NCBI GenBank assembly: GCA_963797495.1
Contig: CAWCPN010000002.1
Span: 3,815,880-3,879,879, forward strand
DNA from: an uncultured Acidobacteriota bacterium
GTDB taxonomy: Bacteria > Acidobacteriota > Thermoanaerobaculia > UBA5066 > Gp7-AA6
Length of the DNA stretch: 64,000 nt
Direction of reading: 5' to 3'
Shown: piece by piece, positions 11,185-23,513 of the stretch
How the letters are laid out: each line of letters begins with the position of its first letter
How positions within the stretch are numbered: the first letter of the stretch is position 1
Notes under the pieces: generated by a model
Database searches by the model: none
What the model saw: the letters and a program-made list of their open reading frames with translations, nothing else
What the model was told of the DNA's origin: nothing
Program-made: the position numbers and the translations under genes

Positions 11185-11613
11185 TCACTTCTTGGACGCT
11201 CCCGACGTGTCGGTGACGAGGCCGAGGCTCTCGATGCCCATGCGGTTGAGCAGATCGAGAGTTTCGATGACCGTGCCGTACGAGAGCCCACGGTCGGCCT
11301 TGAGGAGCACGGCCTTCTCCCGCCGGCCGCGCAGGATGGCCCGCAGGCGGTCGCGCAACAGGCCGCGGGCCACGGGGGTCTCGTTGATGTAGAACAATCC
11401 GTCGCGCGAGATCGAGAGGACGATCGGGTCCTCGGGGTTCGACTGAAGATTGGTCGTGGCCGTTTTCGGCAGCGCGACGGAGATGCCCTGATGGAGCATC
11501 GGGGCGGTGACCATGAAAATGATCAGGAGCACCAGCATGACGTCGACCAACGGCGTGACGTTGATGTCCGCGAGGTGGTCGAATTCGTCGGCGGATTGGC
11601 GATGGAAGGCCAT
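11185..11613 (-). CDS. tolR: TolR/ExbD biopolymer transport protein
   Basis: DINVTPLVDVMLVLLIIFMVTAP; LKADRGLSYG. Confidence 0.92.
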   Translation of the reverse strand: MAFHRQSADEFDHLADINVTPLVDVMLVLLIIFMVTAPMLHQGISVALPKTATTNLQSNPEDPIVLSISRDGLFYINETPVARGLLRDRLRAILRGRREKAVLLKADRGLSYGTVIETLDLLNRMGIESLGLVTDTSGASKK

Positions 11614-11634
11614 GATCTGGAGAGACACCGAAGC

Positions 11635-12375
11635 CTACGTGAAGTTCCTTTCGGCCAGATTGATGAACTCGAGGGAGAAATCCTCCATCCCGGCGCGCTG
11701 CTCGCGGACCTTCCCCATGAAGTAGTTGTAGAAGATCATCGCGGGGATGGCGGCGGCCAGGCCGGCCGCCGTGTTCACGAGCGCCTCGGAGATTCCCGGT
11801 GCGACCGCAGCGATCGACGTGGATCCCGTCATGCCGATCGCTCGGAAGGACTGCATGATTCCCCACACCGTTCCGAAGAGACCGATGAAGGGGCATGCCG
11901 AGGCCGTCGTCGCGAGGAACGTCATCCAGCGGGTCAGCCGGGAGAGTTCCACGCCGATCGCACGCTCGAGCGCGCGCTCGATGCCCGAGATGTTCTTGAT
12001 CACGAGCTTCCCCTGCGCCCCTCCGCCGGTCGCGGGGGAGTCGTCGGCGCGATTGGCCTTCACCTGGGCGTCGAGCTCGGCGTAGCCCGCCTTGAAGAGG
12101 GTCGTCAGGGGCGTGTCCGCAAGGTCGCCGGCGAAGGTGTTGACCTCCGAAAAGCGCTTCGACTTGCGGAAGAAGGTCACGAACTTCTCCGATTGCCGGG
12201 AGACCCGGCGCAGCCGGAGAAACTTCGCGAAAATGATCACCCACGATACGAACGAAAAGAGGAGCAGGATGCCCAGGACGACCTTGGCCGTGGTCCCGGT
12301 TTCCCAGAAGAAAGAGAGGATCGAAGTCTGTCCGGGGAGGTTTTCGGTGGTGACGGGCTGAAAGACGGTCGCCAT
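11635..12375 (-). CDS. tolQ: TolQ/ExbB proton-channel protein
   Basis: PFIGLFGTVWGIM, VAPGISEALVNTAAGLAAAIPA. Confidence 0.93.
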   Translation of the reverse strand: MATVFQPVTTENLPGQTSILSFFWETGTTAKVVLGILLLFSFVSWVIIFAKFLRLRRVSRQSEKFVTFFRKSKRFSEVNTFAGDLADTPLTTLFKAGYAELDAQVKANRADDSPATGGGAQGKLVIKNISGIERALERAIGVELSRLTRWMTFLATTASACPFIGLFGTVWGIMQSFRAIGMTGSTSIAAVAPGISEALVNTAAGLAAAIPAMIFYNYFMGKVREQRAGMEDFSLEFINLAERNFT

Positions 12376-12420
12376 CTACGCTTTCGACCGTAACATAGGG
12401 GCTGGAAAGGGTCAAAGGGA

Positions 12421-14277
12421 ATGGAGCGCCGGAGTCGGGACGTTGTGCCGATCGTGAGATCGTTCTCGAGCCGACTGGTGGCTTTCGTGCTCGGGACGTT
12501 CGCGATCGTTTCGTCGACGCTCGCCACGGACATCATCCCGGTCAAGGACCTCGCGCCCGGGATGAGGGGGTACACGCTCTCGGATCTCGGCGACGGGAAG
12601 GGCGTTCAACGCTTCGAGATCGAGATCGCCGGCGTCCTTCAGAGCTTCGCGCCCAAACAGGACCTGATCCTCGCCCGTGTGCTCTCCGACGCCATCGAGA
12701 AGACCGGCATCATCGCGGGCATGAGCGGCAGCCCGGTGTACGTGGGCGACCGGCTGGTCGGGGCGTTGGCCTACGGCTGGCCGTTCTCGCGCGAGCCGAT
12801 CTGCGGGATCACGCCCATCCAGAGCATGCTCGACATCCGCAAGGCACCGGCCGCGGCTCCCGTGCCCATCGGCGGGGCCGCCACGCGCGCGTCGGCCCTG
12901 CTGGCGAACTTCGGCGCCCGGGACTTCGGGAATGCGTTGTCGGCGCTGCTGGCCCCGCTCCGGAGCGAGAGTTCGGGCTCGGGCCCGGTCGCGTTGCCGC
13001 TTCCCGTCAGCGCATCGGGCATCGCCCCGGGCAGCGGGCTCCTCGGCCGGGTCGCCGAAGCCGCGGGCTGGCTCGTGGCCCCGTCGGGCGCCTCGATGAC
13101 CGGGGCCTCGCGCCCGGGAGCGGGAGCCGCCGGATCGGAGGCGGACGGCCGCCTCGAGCCGGGCTCGGCCGTGGCCGCGGTGTTGCTTTCCGGTGACATG
13201 GTTCTGTCCGCCACCGGCACGGTGACGTGGGTGGACGGCAACTCGATCCTGGCCTTCGGCCACCCGTTTCTTTCGATGGGCCCGGTCGACATGCCGATGG
13301 CGCGCGCCGAGGTCCTGACCGTTCTTCCGTCGCTGTTTCGCTCGTTCAAGTTCTCCTCCACGGGACAGGTCCTGGGTTCGATTTCGCAGGACCGCTCGAC
13401 GGGGATCCTCGGCAGTTTCGGGAAGCCGCCCACGATGGTTCCCGTGACCATCCGGATGACGTCGGAGGACGTGCCGACCCAGACGTTTCACTTCGAGGTC
13501 GTCCACAATGCCATGCTGACCCCCATCCTCGTGGCGCTCGCGACGGACAACGTGCTGACGACTCTCGAAAAGCGCGCCGGTGAGCGCACGATCGTCTGGA
13601 AATCGGCCATCGAGACCGACGAACGTACGGTTCGCTGGGACTCGGTCTTTTCGGGACTCGCGGCGAAGGAAGAAGCGGTGGGATCTCTGGCGCTGTTGAC
13701 GAATTACCTCATGGCCAACGAATTTCACGACCTGTCGATCCGGGGTGTCGAGATCGACATCGTCCACTCGGACCGCCTCCAGAGCGCCCGGATCGTCCAC
13801 GTGGAGGCGCAGAAGGAGCGGGTGCATCCCGGTGACACGGTGCCCGTCTGGGTCGACCTCGAGGACTTCCGCGGCGGGCCCCGCCGCGTCGTGATGACGG
13901 CGCGGGTTCCCGACAACGCGCCCCCCGGCCCGCTGACCGTCTTCGTGGGAGACGGGAACGCGGCCACGGCCTACGACCTGGCGCTGTATCCCCCGGATCC
14001 CCACTCGCTCGACCAGGTCCTGGATTTCATCTCGAGGATGCGGCCAGCCAACACGCTGAACCTGCTCGCCTATCGCGCGGCACCCGGTGCCGTCGTCAAC
14101 GGCGAGCCGCTCGCCGCGCTGCCGCCGACCCGAGCCGCGCTCCTGAAGGACCGCGGGCCGGGCGACGGCACGCCGCAGCTCGGCTACCTGCGACTCCAGG
14201 CCGAGTCGATCGAGCAACCGGTCCCGGTCACGGGTTCGGCGCGGCTCAACCTCGAAGTGCAGCCGAGGGTGTGGTGA
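12421..14277 (+). CDS. Secreted SpoIVB peptidase S55 domain protein
   Basis: Signal-like N-terminus; GIIAGMSGSPVY..LVGALAY (S55 Ser motif), ITPIQSML, AFGHPFL, QDRSTGI. Confidence 0.85.
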   Translation: MERRSRDVVPIVRSFSSRLVAFVLGTFAIVSSTLATDIIPVKDLAPGMRGYTLSDLGDGKGVQRFEIEIAGVLQSFAPKQDLILARVLSDAIEKTGIIAGMSGSPVYVGDRLVGALAYGWPFSREPICGITPIQSMLDIRKAPAAAPVPIGGAATRASALLANFGARDFGNALSALLAPLRSESSGSGPVALPLPVSASGIAPGSGLLGRVAEAAGWLVAPSGASMTGASRPGAGAAGSEADGRLEPGSAVAAVLLSGDMVLSATGTVTWVDGNSILAFGHPFLSMGPVDMPMARAEVLTVLPSLFRSFKFSSTGQVLGSISQDRSTGILGSFGKPPTMVPVTIRMTSEDVPTQTFHFEVVHNAMLTPILVALATDNVLTTLEKRAGERTIVWKSAIETDERTVRWDSVFSGLAAKEEAVGSLALLTNYLMANEFHDLSIRGVEIDIVHSDRLQSARIVHVEAQKERVHPGDTVPVWVDLEDFRGGPRRVVMTARVPDNAPPGPLTVFVGDGNAATAYDLALYPPDPHSLDQVLDFISRMRPANTLNLLAYRAAPGAVVNGEPLAALPPTRAALLKDRGPGDGTPQLGYLRLQAESIEQPVPVTGSARLNLEVQPRVW

Positions 14278-16449
14278 GCCGGCGCTTTGCCCGGCGGCTC
14301 GGACCGCTGCTGGTCCTCGGGCTGGCCACGCCGCTTGCGGCGGCCACCGTCAAGATCTGGGTCTCCGACACGTCCGCGGAGTTCTCCAAGGGCGAGGCTC
14401 GGGGCATTTCCGTGACCACCGACGGCGAGCTCGTCGCCGGACGCTCGCTCTCGAAGGTCGAGGGTGTCACGGAGGCCGTTCTCTTCGGGGCGGCGGCCGG
14501 CCGCAACGGAGAGCTCTACGTCGGCACGGGGGACACGGGGAAGATCCTCCGCGTCTCCTCGGCGGGGTCCGTGGAATCCTGGGCGAGCCTTCCCGAGCAG
14601 GAAGTGACCGCGCTCGCCGTCGGCCCGGACGGGGCCGTCTACGCCGGCGGTTCGCCCGGCGGCAAGGTCTACCGCATCCAGGACGGCCGGCCGACGCTCT
14701 ACTACGAGACGAAGGCGCAGTACGTCTGGGCGCTCGCGTTTTCCGGCCAGACCCTGTACGTGGCGACCGGACTCCCGGGCGAGATCCACCGCGTGCGCGG
14801 GCCCGGCCAGGGCGAGCGGGCTCACGCGACGACGGACGCCCACGTCCGGTGCCTCTTCGTCGACCGCGAGGGGCGTCTCTGGGCCGGCACGTCCGGCTCG
14901 GGCCTCGTGCTCCGGATGGACAGGACCGGACGCGTGACGACCGTCTACGACTCCGGCAAGCCCGAGGTCACCGCCATCGTCGCGGACGCGGGCGGGCGCG
15001 TCTGGGCGGCGGCCGGGTCGGCAGACATGGCCGCTTCGTCGAGCGGCGAGCCGGTCGCGATGCCGGTCGTGGCCGCGACGACGAAGCCGACCAAGCCCGC
15101 GTCCCCGACGGACGAGGAGGACCGGTCCAAGCCCGAAGTCACAGTGACTGTCTCGACGGCCCGGCTGGCGCCGTCGCGGGGGTCTTCGCGCGGCGGCTAC
15201 TCCTCGGAGGTGATCCTCTTCGAAGATGGCGAACCCCCCCGGTCGGTCTGGAGCGATACGGACGAAGTCGTCTTCGACCTGGCGAAGGACGAGGCGGGAG
15301 GTGGCGTCGTCGCCGCAACCGGCCCGAAGGGCAAGCTCTATGCGCTCGCTCCGGGCGGATCCGCCCTGGTCCGGACGTTCGACGAGAAGCAGGTCACGTT
15401 CCTGGCGGGCGCCGGCGTCGGCCTGAACGCGTCGACCGCGCTCTATCGCAGCCGGCCGGGGGTCTCGGCCGGCGAGTACGTCTCGCCGGTCAAGGACACG
15501 GGTCGAACGAGCCGGTACGGCGCCTTTCGATGGGAAGGCGACGCGGCGGGCGGAAAGGTCGAATTCGCGTTTCGCTCGGGCGAGTCTTCGACGCCGGACG
15601 GGACCTGGAGCGACTGGTCCGCGTGGGACCAGGGAAGCCGGTCGGTCCCGGATCGCCGCTCCCGACGGGCGCTTCCTGCAGTGGAAGGTCCGGATGGAGT
15701 CCGACGGGACCCGGACCCCGCGCATCCGCCGCACGGAGGCGGCCTACCGCAACCGCAATGGCGCCCCGGTCGTCGACAGCGTCGTCGCTCTCGAGCCCGC
15801 GGAGGTTCTGGCCCGTTCGGGCTCGAGCGGGGCGAACGTCTTCGAGGCCTCCGCTCCCGACGAAAAGGGCATCTTCACGAGCCTCGAGGAACCGAAGTCC
15901 GAATCCTCGCCCCGCAAGCTGTTCCGCAAGGGATACCGGACGATCCAGTGGAAGGCGACCGATCCCGACGGCGATACGCTGACGTACGAACTCGACTTTC
16001 GCCCCGTCGCAGCCTCGAATTGGATGCTGCTGCGCAAGGACGTCCGCGATTCGTCGTACTCGTTCGACTCCACTTCGCTTCCCGACGGCGACTACGTGTT
16101 TCGACTCACGGCCTCGGACGCCGAAACGAACCCGGTCGACGGGAAGACGACCGAGCGCGAGTCCTCGCCGGTCCGCCTGGACAACTCGCCACCGGCCATC
16201 CGCGAGGCGTCGCGGGCGGCGGGCGTGCTCGTCGTCGAGGTCGTCGATGCCGGCTCGCCGCTGGCCGAGGCGGAGTACAGCGTCGACGCGCGCAAGTGGA
16301 CGCGCGTGGAGGCCGAGGACGGGCTGTCGGACTCGCCGCACGAGACCTACCGGATCCGGATTGCCCCGGACGCGCGCGGCGGCTACCTGCTCGTGCGCGT
16401 CACCGACGCGTCGCGCAACGTGGCGACCCAGTCGTTCACGGCGCCCTAG
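14271..16449 (+). CDS. Large secreted beta-propeller + beta-sandwich (Fn3/Ig-like) protein, apparent frameshift near 15650
   Basis: Signal peptide; repeated propeller blades (LYVGTGDTG, VYAGGSPGG, LYVATG, LWAGTS); C-terminal part continues in ORF 15694..16449. Confidence 0.75.
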
Positions 16450-16475
16450 GCCCCGGGTCCCGTTCCCGGGTCCGT

Positions 16476-16481
16476 CATAAT
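16476..16481 (+). promoter_or_regulatory. Putative -10 box (CATAAT) 8 nt before the SBP ATG
   Basis: Hexamer directly upstream of the start, no SD; preceded by a cccgggtcc direct repeat. Confidence 0.4.
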
Positions 16482-16489
16482 CTGAGCCG

Positions 16490-18159
16490 ATGAGGCGGGC
16501 CTGGGGGTTGGCGGCGCTGGTGGTCCTGGCGGGATGCCGCGGCGCAGCCGGAGCGCGCGCCGGGTGCTCCGACGCCCGGCCCGGCGGCGGTGAGCTCCGA
16601 CGAAACGGGCGACGCCGGCACCCGCGAAGGGGCAACGCTGTTCCGCCGGCTCGTGGGGGAGCCGACCACGTTGAACGCCGTCCTCCAGTCGAGCCTGCCC
16701 GAGGCGCTCGTCCTGCAGTATGTCCAGCGCAACCTCTTCGACTTCGACGCCCGGCTCGAGATTCGGCCGAGCCTGGCCGAGAGGCTGGAGATCTCGCCCG
16801 ATGGTCGCGAGTACACGATCACGATTCGGCCGGAAGCCGTGTGGGAGGATGGAGCTCCCGTCACCGCGCGGGACGCCGTCTTCACGATCCGGAAGATCGT
16901 CGACCCCGGACGTTCCGGCGGCCTTCTTCAAGTCCCTCTTCGACGATCTCGAATCCGTCGAGGAGCTCGATTCGCGCCGTTTCCGGGCGCGGTTTCGCGA
17001 GCCCTACGCCTTCCGCGAGATGGCCTTCGTCTTTCCGCCCCTGCCCGAGCACCGATTCCGGGGGAAGAACTTTCTCGACGCTCCGGACAACCGCGCCCCG
17101 CTGTCGGACGGGCCCTACCGGTTCGTTTCCTGGAAGCCCGGCGAGTCGGTCGAGCTCGAAGCCAACCCGAGAGCCTGGGGCCCGCGCGGGCACTTCGACC
17201 GGATCGTCTTCCGGACCCTGCCCGACAACACGACGGCCTACCGTGCGTTGACGGCGGGAAGCCTCGACGAGGATCAGCTCGACGCCACCCTCAAGGCGCG
17301 CTCGGCCGGCGACCCGGAGTTCGAATCCTGCTGCCGGCTGATCGAGTTCTACAACCTGGACTGGAGCTACGTGGCGCTGAACACGCGCTCACCCCTCTTC
17401 TCCGATGCCCGCGTCCGCCGCGCGCTCACCATGCTCTCCGACCGGGCCTCGATCGCGAAGAGCCTCTACCGTGGCTCGGCCCGCGTCATTTCGGGTCCCT
17501 GGTCGCCCGACTCGCCGGCCTACGACCCGGCGCTGGCGCCGCTCCCGTTCGACCCGGATGCCGCAAAGGCTCTCCTCGCCGACGCCGGATGGCGGGACTC
17601 CAACGGAAACGGAACCCTCGACCGGAACGGCCGCGAGTTCGAGTTCGAGCTTCGCGTATCCGCGGGCTCGGAGATCGGCCGGCAGGTCGACGAAATGCTC
17701 GCTGCGGAGCTCGCCCGCGCCGGGATCACGGCCCGGGTCCGCGCCATGGAGTGGGCGGCTTTCGTCGAGCGGGTGGACGCCGGCGATTTCGAGGCGGCGT
17801 CGCTGGCCTGGTCTGCGGTCGACCCCAACCCGGATCCGTATCCCTACTGGCATTCTTCCCAGTGCCCGCCCAACGGGCTCAATAGCGGCTGCTACCGCAA
17901 TGCCGAGGCGGACCGGCTCATGATGGAGGCCCGGCGCGAGCTCGATCCGGGCCGCCGGAACGCGCTGTTCCACCGGCTGCACGCAATATTCCGGGACGAC
18001 GCCCCGGCGATCTTCCTCGTCAACTCGACCCAGAAGTTCGGCTTCGACCGGAACATCCGCGGGGTGACGACGTCGCCGCTGGGACTCTTCGGGATCTGGC
18101 CGGGCCCCGTGGGTTGGTGGACGGCGGACACGCCGGCGCCGGGGAGGCCTCCGGCGTGA
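16490..18159 (+). CDS. Peptide/nickel ABC transporter substrate-binding lipoprotein (SBP family 5), two apparent frameshifts (near 16580 and 16910)
   Basis: Lipobox LAGC; EPTTLN, PSLAE..ISPDGREYTITIR..WEDG.PVTARD; GPYRFVSW; DARVRRALT. Confidence 0.88.
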
Positions 18160-19126
18160 TCCGGTATGTCGTGAGGCGCCTGCTGCTGGCCGTTCCCACC
18201 CTCTTCGGGATCACGGTGATCGTGTTTCTTCTCGTGCACCTGGCCCCCGGGAGTCCCGTGTCGGGAGGGGACGGATCGCTGCGCCGCAGCACGGGACGTG
18301 CCGCCCAGGAGATGCGTCGCCTCTACGGCCTCGACCGGCCCCTGCCGGAGCGTTTCGGCGCCTGGCTTTCGCGCGCGGCGCGCTTCGACATGGGGGAGAG
18401 CCTCGTGGATCACCGGCCGGTCGCGACCCGGATTCGAGAAGCTCTGCCGAACACGCTTTTCCTCAACGGCCTCGCCCTGGTCCTCGCGCTCGCGATCGCC
18501 ATCCCCCTCGGGGTCGCGGCGGGAGCCCATCCGGACGGCGCCTTCGACCGGCTGTCCGGGGCCGCGCTCTTCGCGCTCTACTCCACGCCGACCTTCTGGG
18601 CGGCGCTTCTGCTGCAGACGCTCTTCGCGGTCCGCCTCCGCTGGCTGCCGCTGTACGGCGTGGCGTCGGATGCGGCGCCGGGAGGTCTGGCCGGGATCCC
18701 GGACCGTCTCGCGCACGTCGCGCTGCCCGCCTCCTGCCTGGCCTACGGGACGCTCGCCTTCGTTGCCCGTCTGGTTCGGTCGGGAGTCGCCGAGGCCCGG
18801 GAGAGCGACTTCGTGCTGGCGTCGCGGGCGCGGGGAGCCTCGCCGCGGCGCGCGATCTGGGCGCATGCCTTCCGCAATGCGGTCCTGCCGCTGATCACGC
18901 TCTTCGGCCTCCTGCTGCCGGCCCTGCTTTCGGGCAGCGTCATCGTCGAGCGCATTTTCGCCTGGCCGGGTCTCGGAAGGCTCTACTTCGACTCGATCCT
19001 GTCCCGGGACTATCCCGTCATCCTCGCCCTGTCGCTGTTGTCCGCGGTGGTGACGCTCGCGGCGACCCTCGCCTCCGACGTGGCGAGCGCGGCGGCAGAC
19101 CCGCGCGTGCGCGACGGTGCGGCGTC

Positions 19127-19130
<4 letters not shown>
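18156..19130 (+). CDS. Peptide ABC transporter permease (OppB/DppB)
   Basis: YVVRRLL; EAA-like loop ARESDFVLASRARGAS; VIVERIFAWPGLG; RDYPVI. Confidence 0.92.
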
Positions 19131-20451
<1,321 letters not shown>

Positions 20452-20495
20452 GCGGTCCCGGATCCGCTTCGCGCACGGTCGAGACGCCCCTGCGC

Positions 20496-20882
20496 GTGAG
20501 GTATTCGGAGACGGACCAGATGGGCATCGTGTACCACGCCCACTACCTCGTCTGGTTCGAGATCGGGCGGACGGAGTGGTGCCGCGCCGCGGGCCTGCCT
20601 TACGCCGAGATGGAGCGGGCCGGCCTCTTCATACCGGTCACGCGCGTGGAGGCATCGTTCCGCCGCCGTTCGAGCTACGACGACGCGGTCACGGTGGAGA
20701 CCCGGATGACCTCGCTCTCGGCCCGGGGCTGCGCATTCGCGTACGCCGTCCGGGGCGAAGGGGGTGAGCTGCTCGCGGACGGCGCGACACGGCACATCTT
20801 CACGGATTCCTCGGGCAGGCCGTCCCGCTCCCCGGAGGCGATCCTCGCCCCGCTCGAACGCTTTCGCGGGGCTGGCGGGTAG
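20496..20882 (+). CDS. YbgC/FadM-family acyl-CoA thioesterase
   Basis: VRYSETDQMGIVYHAHYLVWFEIGR; frame is open back to 20448, so the true start may be upstream. Confidence 0.88.
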   Translation: MRYSETDQMGIVYHAHYLVWFEIGRTEWCRAAGLPYAEMERAGLFIPVTRVEASFRRRSSYDDAVTVETRMTSLSARGCAFAYAVRGEGGELLADGATRHIFTDSSGRPSRSPEAILAPLERFRGAGG

Positions 20883-20909
20883 CGGCGCGCGTCACCGCCC
20901 GTCCCCGCC

Positions 20910-21821
20910 TCACGGCAATGGGCGGGCGATGAGCCTCCCGCGCGAGACGGTGATCGTGAGACCCGCGAAGATCAGGGCGGCGGCGATCGCGGTCTTCCCT
21001 GAGAAGGATTCGCCGAGAACCGCGATCGCGAGCGCGGTCGTGATCACCGGCTGCAGGAACACGTAGAACGCGACCTGGGAGGCGTGGGTCCGGGCGAGGG
21101 CCCAGGAGTTCAGCAGGTACGGGATCGCAGTGCAGAAGACGATCACGGCGGCCAGACAGGCCCAGGCCAGGGCCGGCACCTTCGAGGGGGAGAAACGGGC
21201 GAGCTGCGGCAATGCCGCGATCGCGATGAGGATCGCGCCGTATCGGAAGACGGCCGCGGTGAACGTCGCCACGTGGTAGTGCTCCAGGATGGGCCGCGAC
21301 AGCACCAGGTAAAGCGAGTACGACGTGCAGTTGAGCAGCAGCAGAAGGACACCGCGGAAGGAGTCGCTCGAGAGGTCGAAGCGCTGGGCATTGAGGAGCG
21401 CGAGTGCGCCCGCACCGGCGAGTGCGATCCCGAGCGCCGCGCGCAGGCTCATCGCTTCCCGGTGGAGCGCGACCGCGGCGGCCAGGGTAAATACCGGAAT
21501 GGTCGCAATCAGGATCGAGGTGTTGATCGCGGAGGTCATGGAGAGGCCGAGGATGAAGAGGATCTGGTTGAAGGATACGCCGAGCAGGCTGTAGAGCAGG
21601 ATGCGCTTGCGGTCGGTCCGCCGGATCGGCTCGCGCGTCCGGGAAACGCGGACCACGTCGAGAATGACGACCGCGCCGGCCACGCGGAGCGCGGCGAACA
21701 CGAACGGCGGGATCGAAACCAGGGCCAGCTTTCCGAAGATCGGGAACAGGGCGAACCCCACCTGAGCTCCGGCCAGGGCGGCATGAACGCGCCAGGGCGG
21801 CGTGGCGGCCCGCGGACTCAC
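20910..21821 (-). CDS. EamA/DMT family transporter
   Basis: About 10 hydrophobic segments in two EamA repeats. Confidence 0.88.
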   Translation of the reverse strand: MSPRAATPPWRVHAALAGAQVGFALFPIFGKLALVSIPPFVFAALRVAGAVVILDVVRVSRTREPIRRTDRKRILLYSLLGVSFNQILFILGLSMTSAINTSILIATIPVFTLAAAVALHREAMSLRAALGIALAGAGALALLNAQRFDLSSDSFRGVLLLLLNCTSYSLYLVLSRPILEHYHVATFTAAVFRYGAILIAIAALPQLARFSPSKVPALAWACLAAVIVFCTAIPYLLNSWALARTHASQVAFYVFLQPVITTALAIAVLGESFSGKTAIAAALIFAGLTITVSRGRLIARPLP

Positions 21822-22738
21822 GCGAAAGGAAGCTCGACGACCAGCGCGGTCGGCCCGGCGGACGGCAGGGCGGCCCCGGCGAGGACGTCACGGAACGCAT
21901 ACCCCAGGCCGATGGGGCCGAGGCGGGGCGAAGCGACGCTGCTCGTGACGCGTGCGAGCTCCAGCTGGGGGTGGCCCGGGTCGGGAAACACCGTGCCCTC
22001 GGCCACCGGTCCCTCGGGAAAACGGAAACCGACGAGGCGCCGGTTCACCCGGCCGTAGGTCCGCGTGCGCGCGACGATCTCCTGGCCGACGTAGCATCCC
22101 TTCGTCGTCGAGATCGCGGCGCGCAGGCCGACCTCGTCGGCGAGGTGGGTCGCGTCGGCGTCCTTGCCCAGTTGCGGGCGCCCGGCCTCCACGCGAAGGG
22201 CCTCGGCGCTTTCGCGGCCGACGGCCGTCGAGCCGGCGTTCTCCAGAGCCCGCAGGATCTCGGATTCGAGCGCGGCGGGACCGAGCAGCTCTCCCGCCAG
22301 TTCCCATTCCGGCGGAAGCCGCGTTGCGCCCGCCGGCCGCGGCGCGTCGACCGCCCCGGGCCCGTACAGGGCGATGCGGACGTACGCGGCGCTGGCGTCG
22401 CGGACCGTCACCTTCTGAAAGACCGCGTACTTCCCCAGGTGCGCGACGGCTCCGGCCACGGCGTCCGCGGGCAGAAGCAGGAGCAGGCGGTCCGGCTCCG
22501 CGGCGAGTGTTCCGAAGTAGAGGAGCTTGCCCTTGGGCGTCAGCCCGGCGGCGGGGCGCGACTGTCCCGGCGCCAGCCCCCGCACGTCCTGCGTCAGCTG
22601 GCCCTGGAGGAACGTTTCGCGGTCGGCGCCCTCGACGGCGACGACCCCGGCGCGCGGACGATGGCCGAGGCGCTGACGCGCCGCGAGGTAGTCCTCGGGC
22701 AGAGCGGCCGGAGGGCTACTTGGGGACGATCTGGGCAC
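21818..22738 (-). CDS. ygfZ: YgfZ/GcvT-like folate-binding protein
   Basis: FLQGQLTQD, LTPKGK, and KGCYVGQE signature. Confidence 0.93.
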   Translation of the reverse strand: MPRSSPSSPPAALPEDYLAARQRLGHRPRAGVVAVEGADRETFLQGQLTQDVRGLAPGQSRPAAGLTPKGKLLYFGTLAAEPDRLLLLLPADAVAGAVAHLGKYAVFQKVTVRDASAAYVRIALYGPGAVDAPRPAGATRLPPEWELAGELLGPAALESEILRALENAGSTAVGRESAEALRVEAGRPQLGKDADATHLADEVGLRAAISTTKGCYVGQEIVARTRTYGRVNRRLVGFRFPEGPVAEGTVFPDPGHPQLELARVTSSVASPRLGPIGLGYAFRDVLAGAALPSAGPTALVVELPFA

Positions 22739-23162
22739 GGATGCGAACCTTCGGCGAGTCGGCGGCGTCCAGGGTCCGCATCCGTGTGGAGACCCGATAC
22801 TCGTCGCTCTCGAAGCCGTCGATGGTCGCGCTGCGGTCGCCCGATTTCACGGTTTGACCGCTCTTGTCGAGGATCTCGACGAACAGCTTGAGCTTGAGCT
22901 TTTCCGGTCCCCGGTTGTCGACGTCGAACTCCCACCAGAGCCACGAGCTGTCCTTCGGATCCGAGGCCCGTGCCTTCTCGATGTCCTCTTCGTCCGGGTA
23001 GTTGCGGACCTGGACGCCGCGGATCGTGCATTTGTGAAACGTGAAGTCGAGTTTGGCCTCGCGGTGGCGGGGAAAGGGAATGGTCTTCTCGAACTGCCCG
23101 TCCTCGGCGGCGAGGGAGGCGGCTCCGAGCAGGGCGGCGGTGGCGATGAGCCGACGCAGCAT
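22716..23162 (-). CDS. Hypothetical secreted beta-rich protein (148 aa)
   Basis: Strong SD aggaggt; signal peptide MLRRLIATAALLGAASLAA; alternating beta pattern. Confidence 0.75.
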   Translation of the reverse strand: MLRRLIATAALLGAASLAAEDGQFEKTIPFPRHREAKLDFTFHKCTIRGVQVRNYPDEEDIEKARASDPKDSSWLWWEFDVDNRGPEKLKLKLFVEILDKSGQTVKSGDRSATIDGFESDEYRVSTRMRTLDAADSPKVRIRAQIVPK

Positions 23163-23203
23163 GCGAACCTCCTTCCGGCTTGCAGAGCGTATCATTGCCC
23201 GCC

Positions 23204-23473
23204 ATGACCGACGCGAGTCCCGACCGGCACGTGATCGACATCTTCATGATGTCGGTCAAGTGCGGAAACTGCGACAGCTACCAGACGATCGTCAAGTTCC
23301 GCAAGCTGCCGGAGAAGAACGTCTATACCTACGAGTGCGACAACGAGACCTGCGACCCCAACGTCACCCGGACGATCGTCGAAGTGCCGAAGCACCTCGA
23401 CAACTCGACGCGCCGGGCGGAAGAGCTGCCCTACTACGAAAAAGAGCCGCCCCCGGACGAGCCCGCGGACTGA
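23204..23473 (+). CDS. Small Cys-rich (zinc-ribbon-like) hypothetical protein (89 aa)
   Basis: CGNC...CDNETC; G/C at third positions typical of real genes; TATCAT 8 nt upstream. Confidence 0.75.
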   Translation: MTDASPDRHVIDIFMMSVKCGNCDSYQTIVKFRKLPEKNVYTYECDNETCDPNVTRTIVEVPKHLDNSTRRAEELPYYEKEPPPDEPAD

Positions 23474-23513
23474 TCGGGCGCCCGGCCCGGAAATCGAATA
23501 GAATGAAGCCTTC

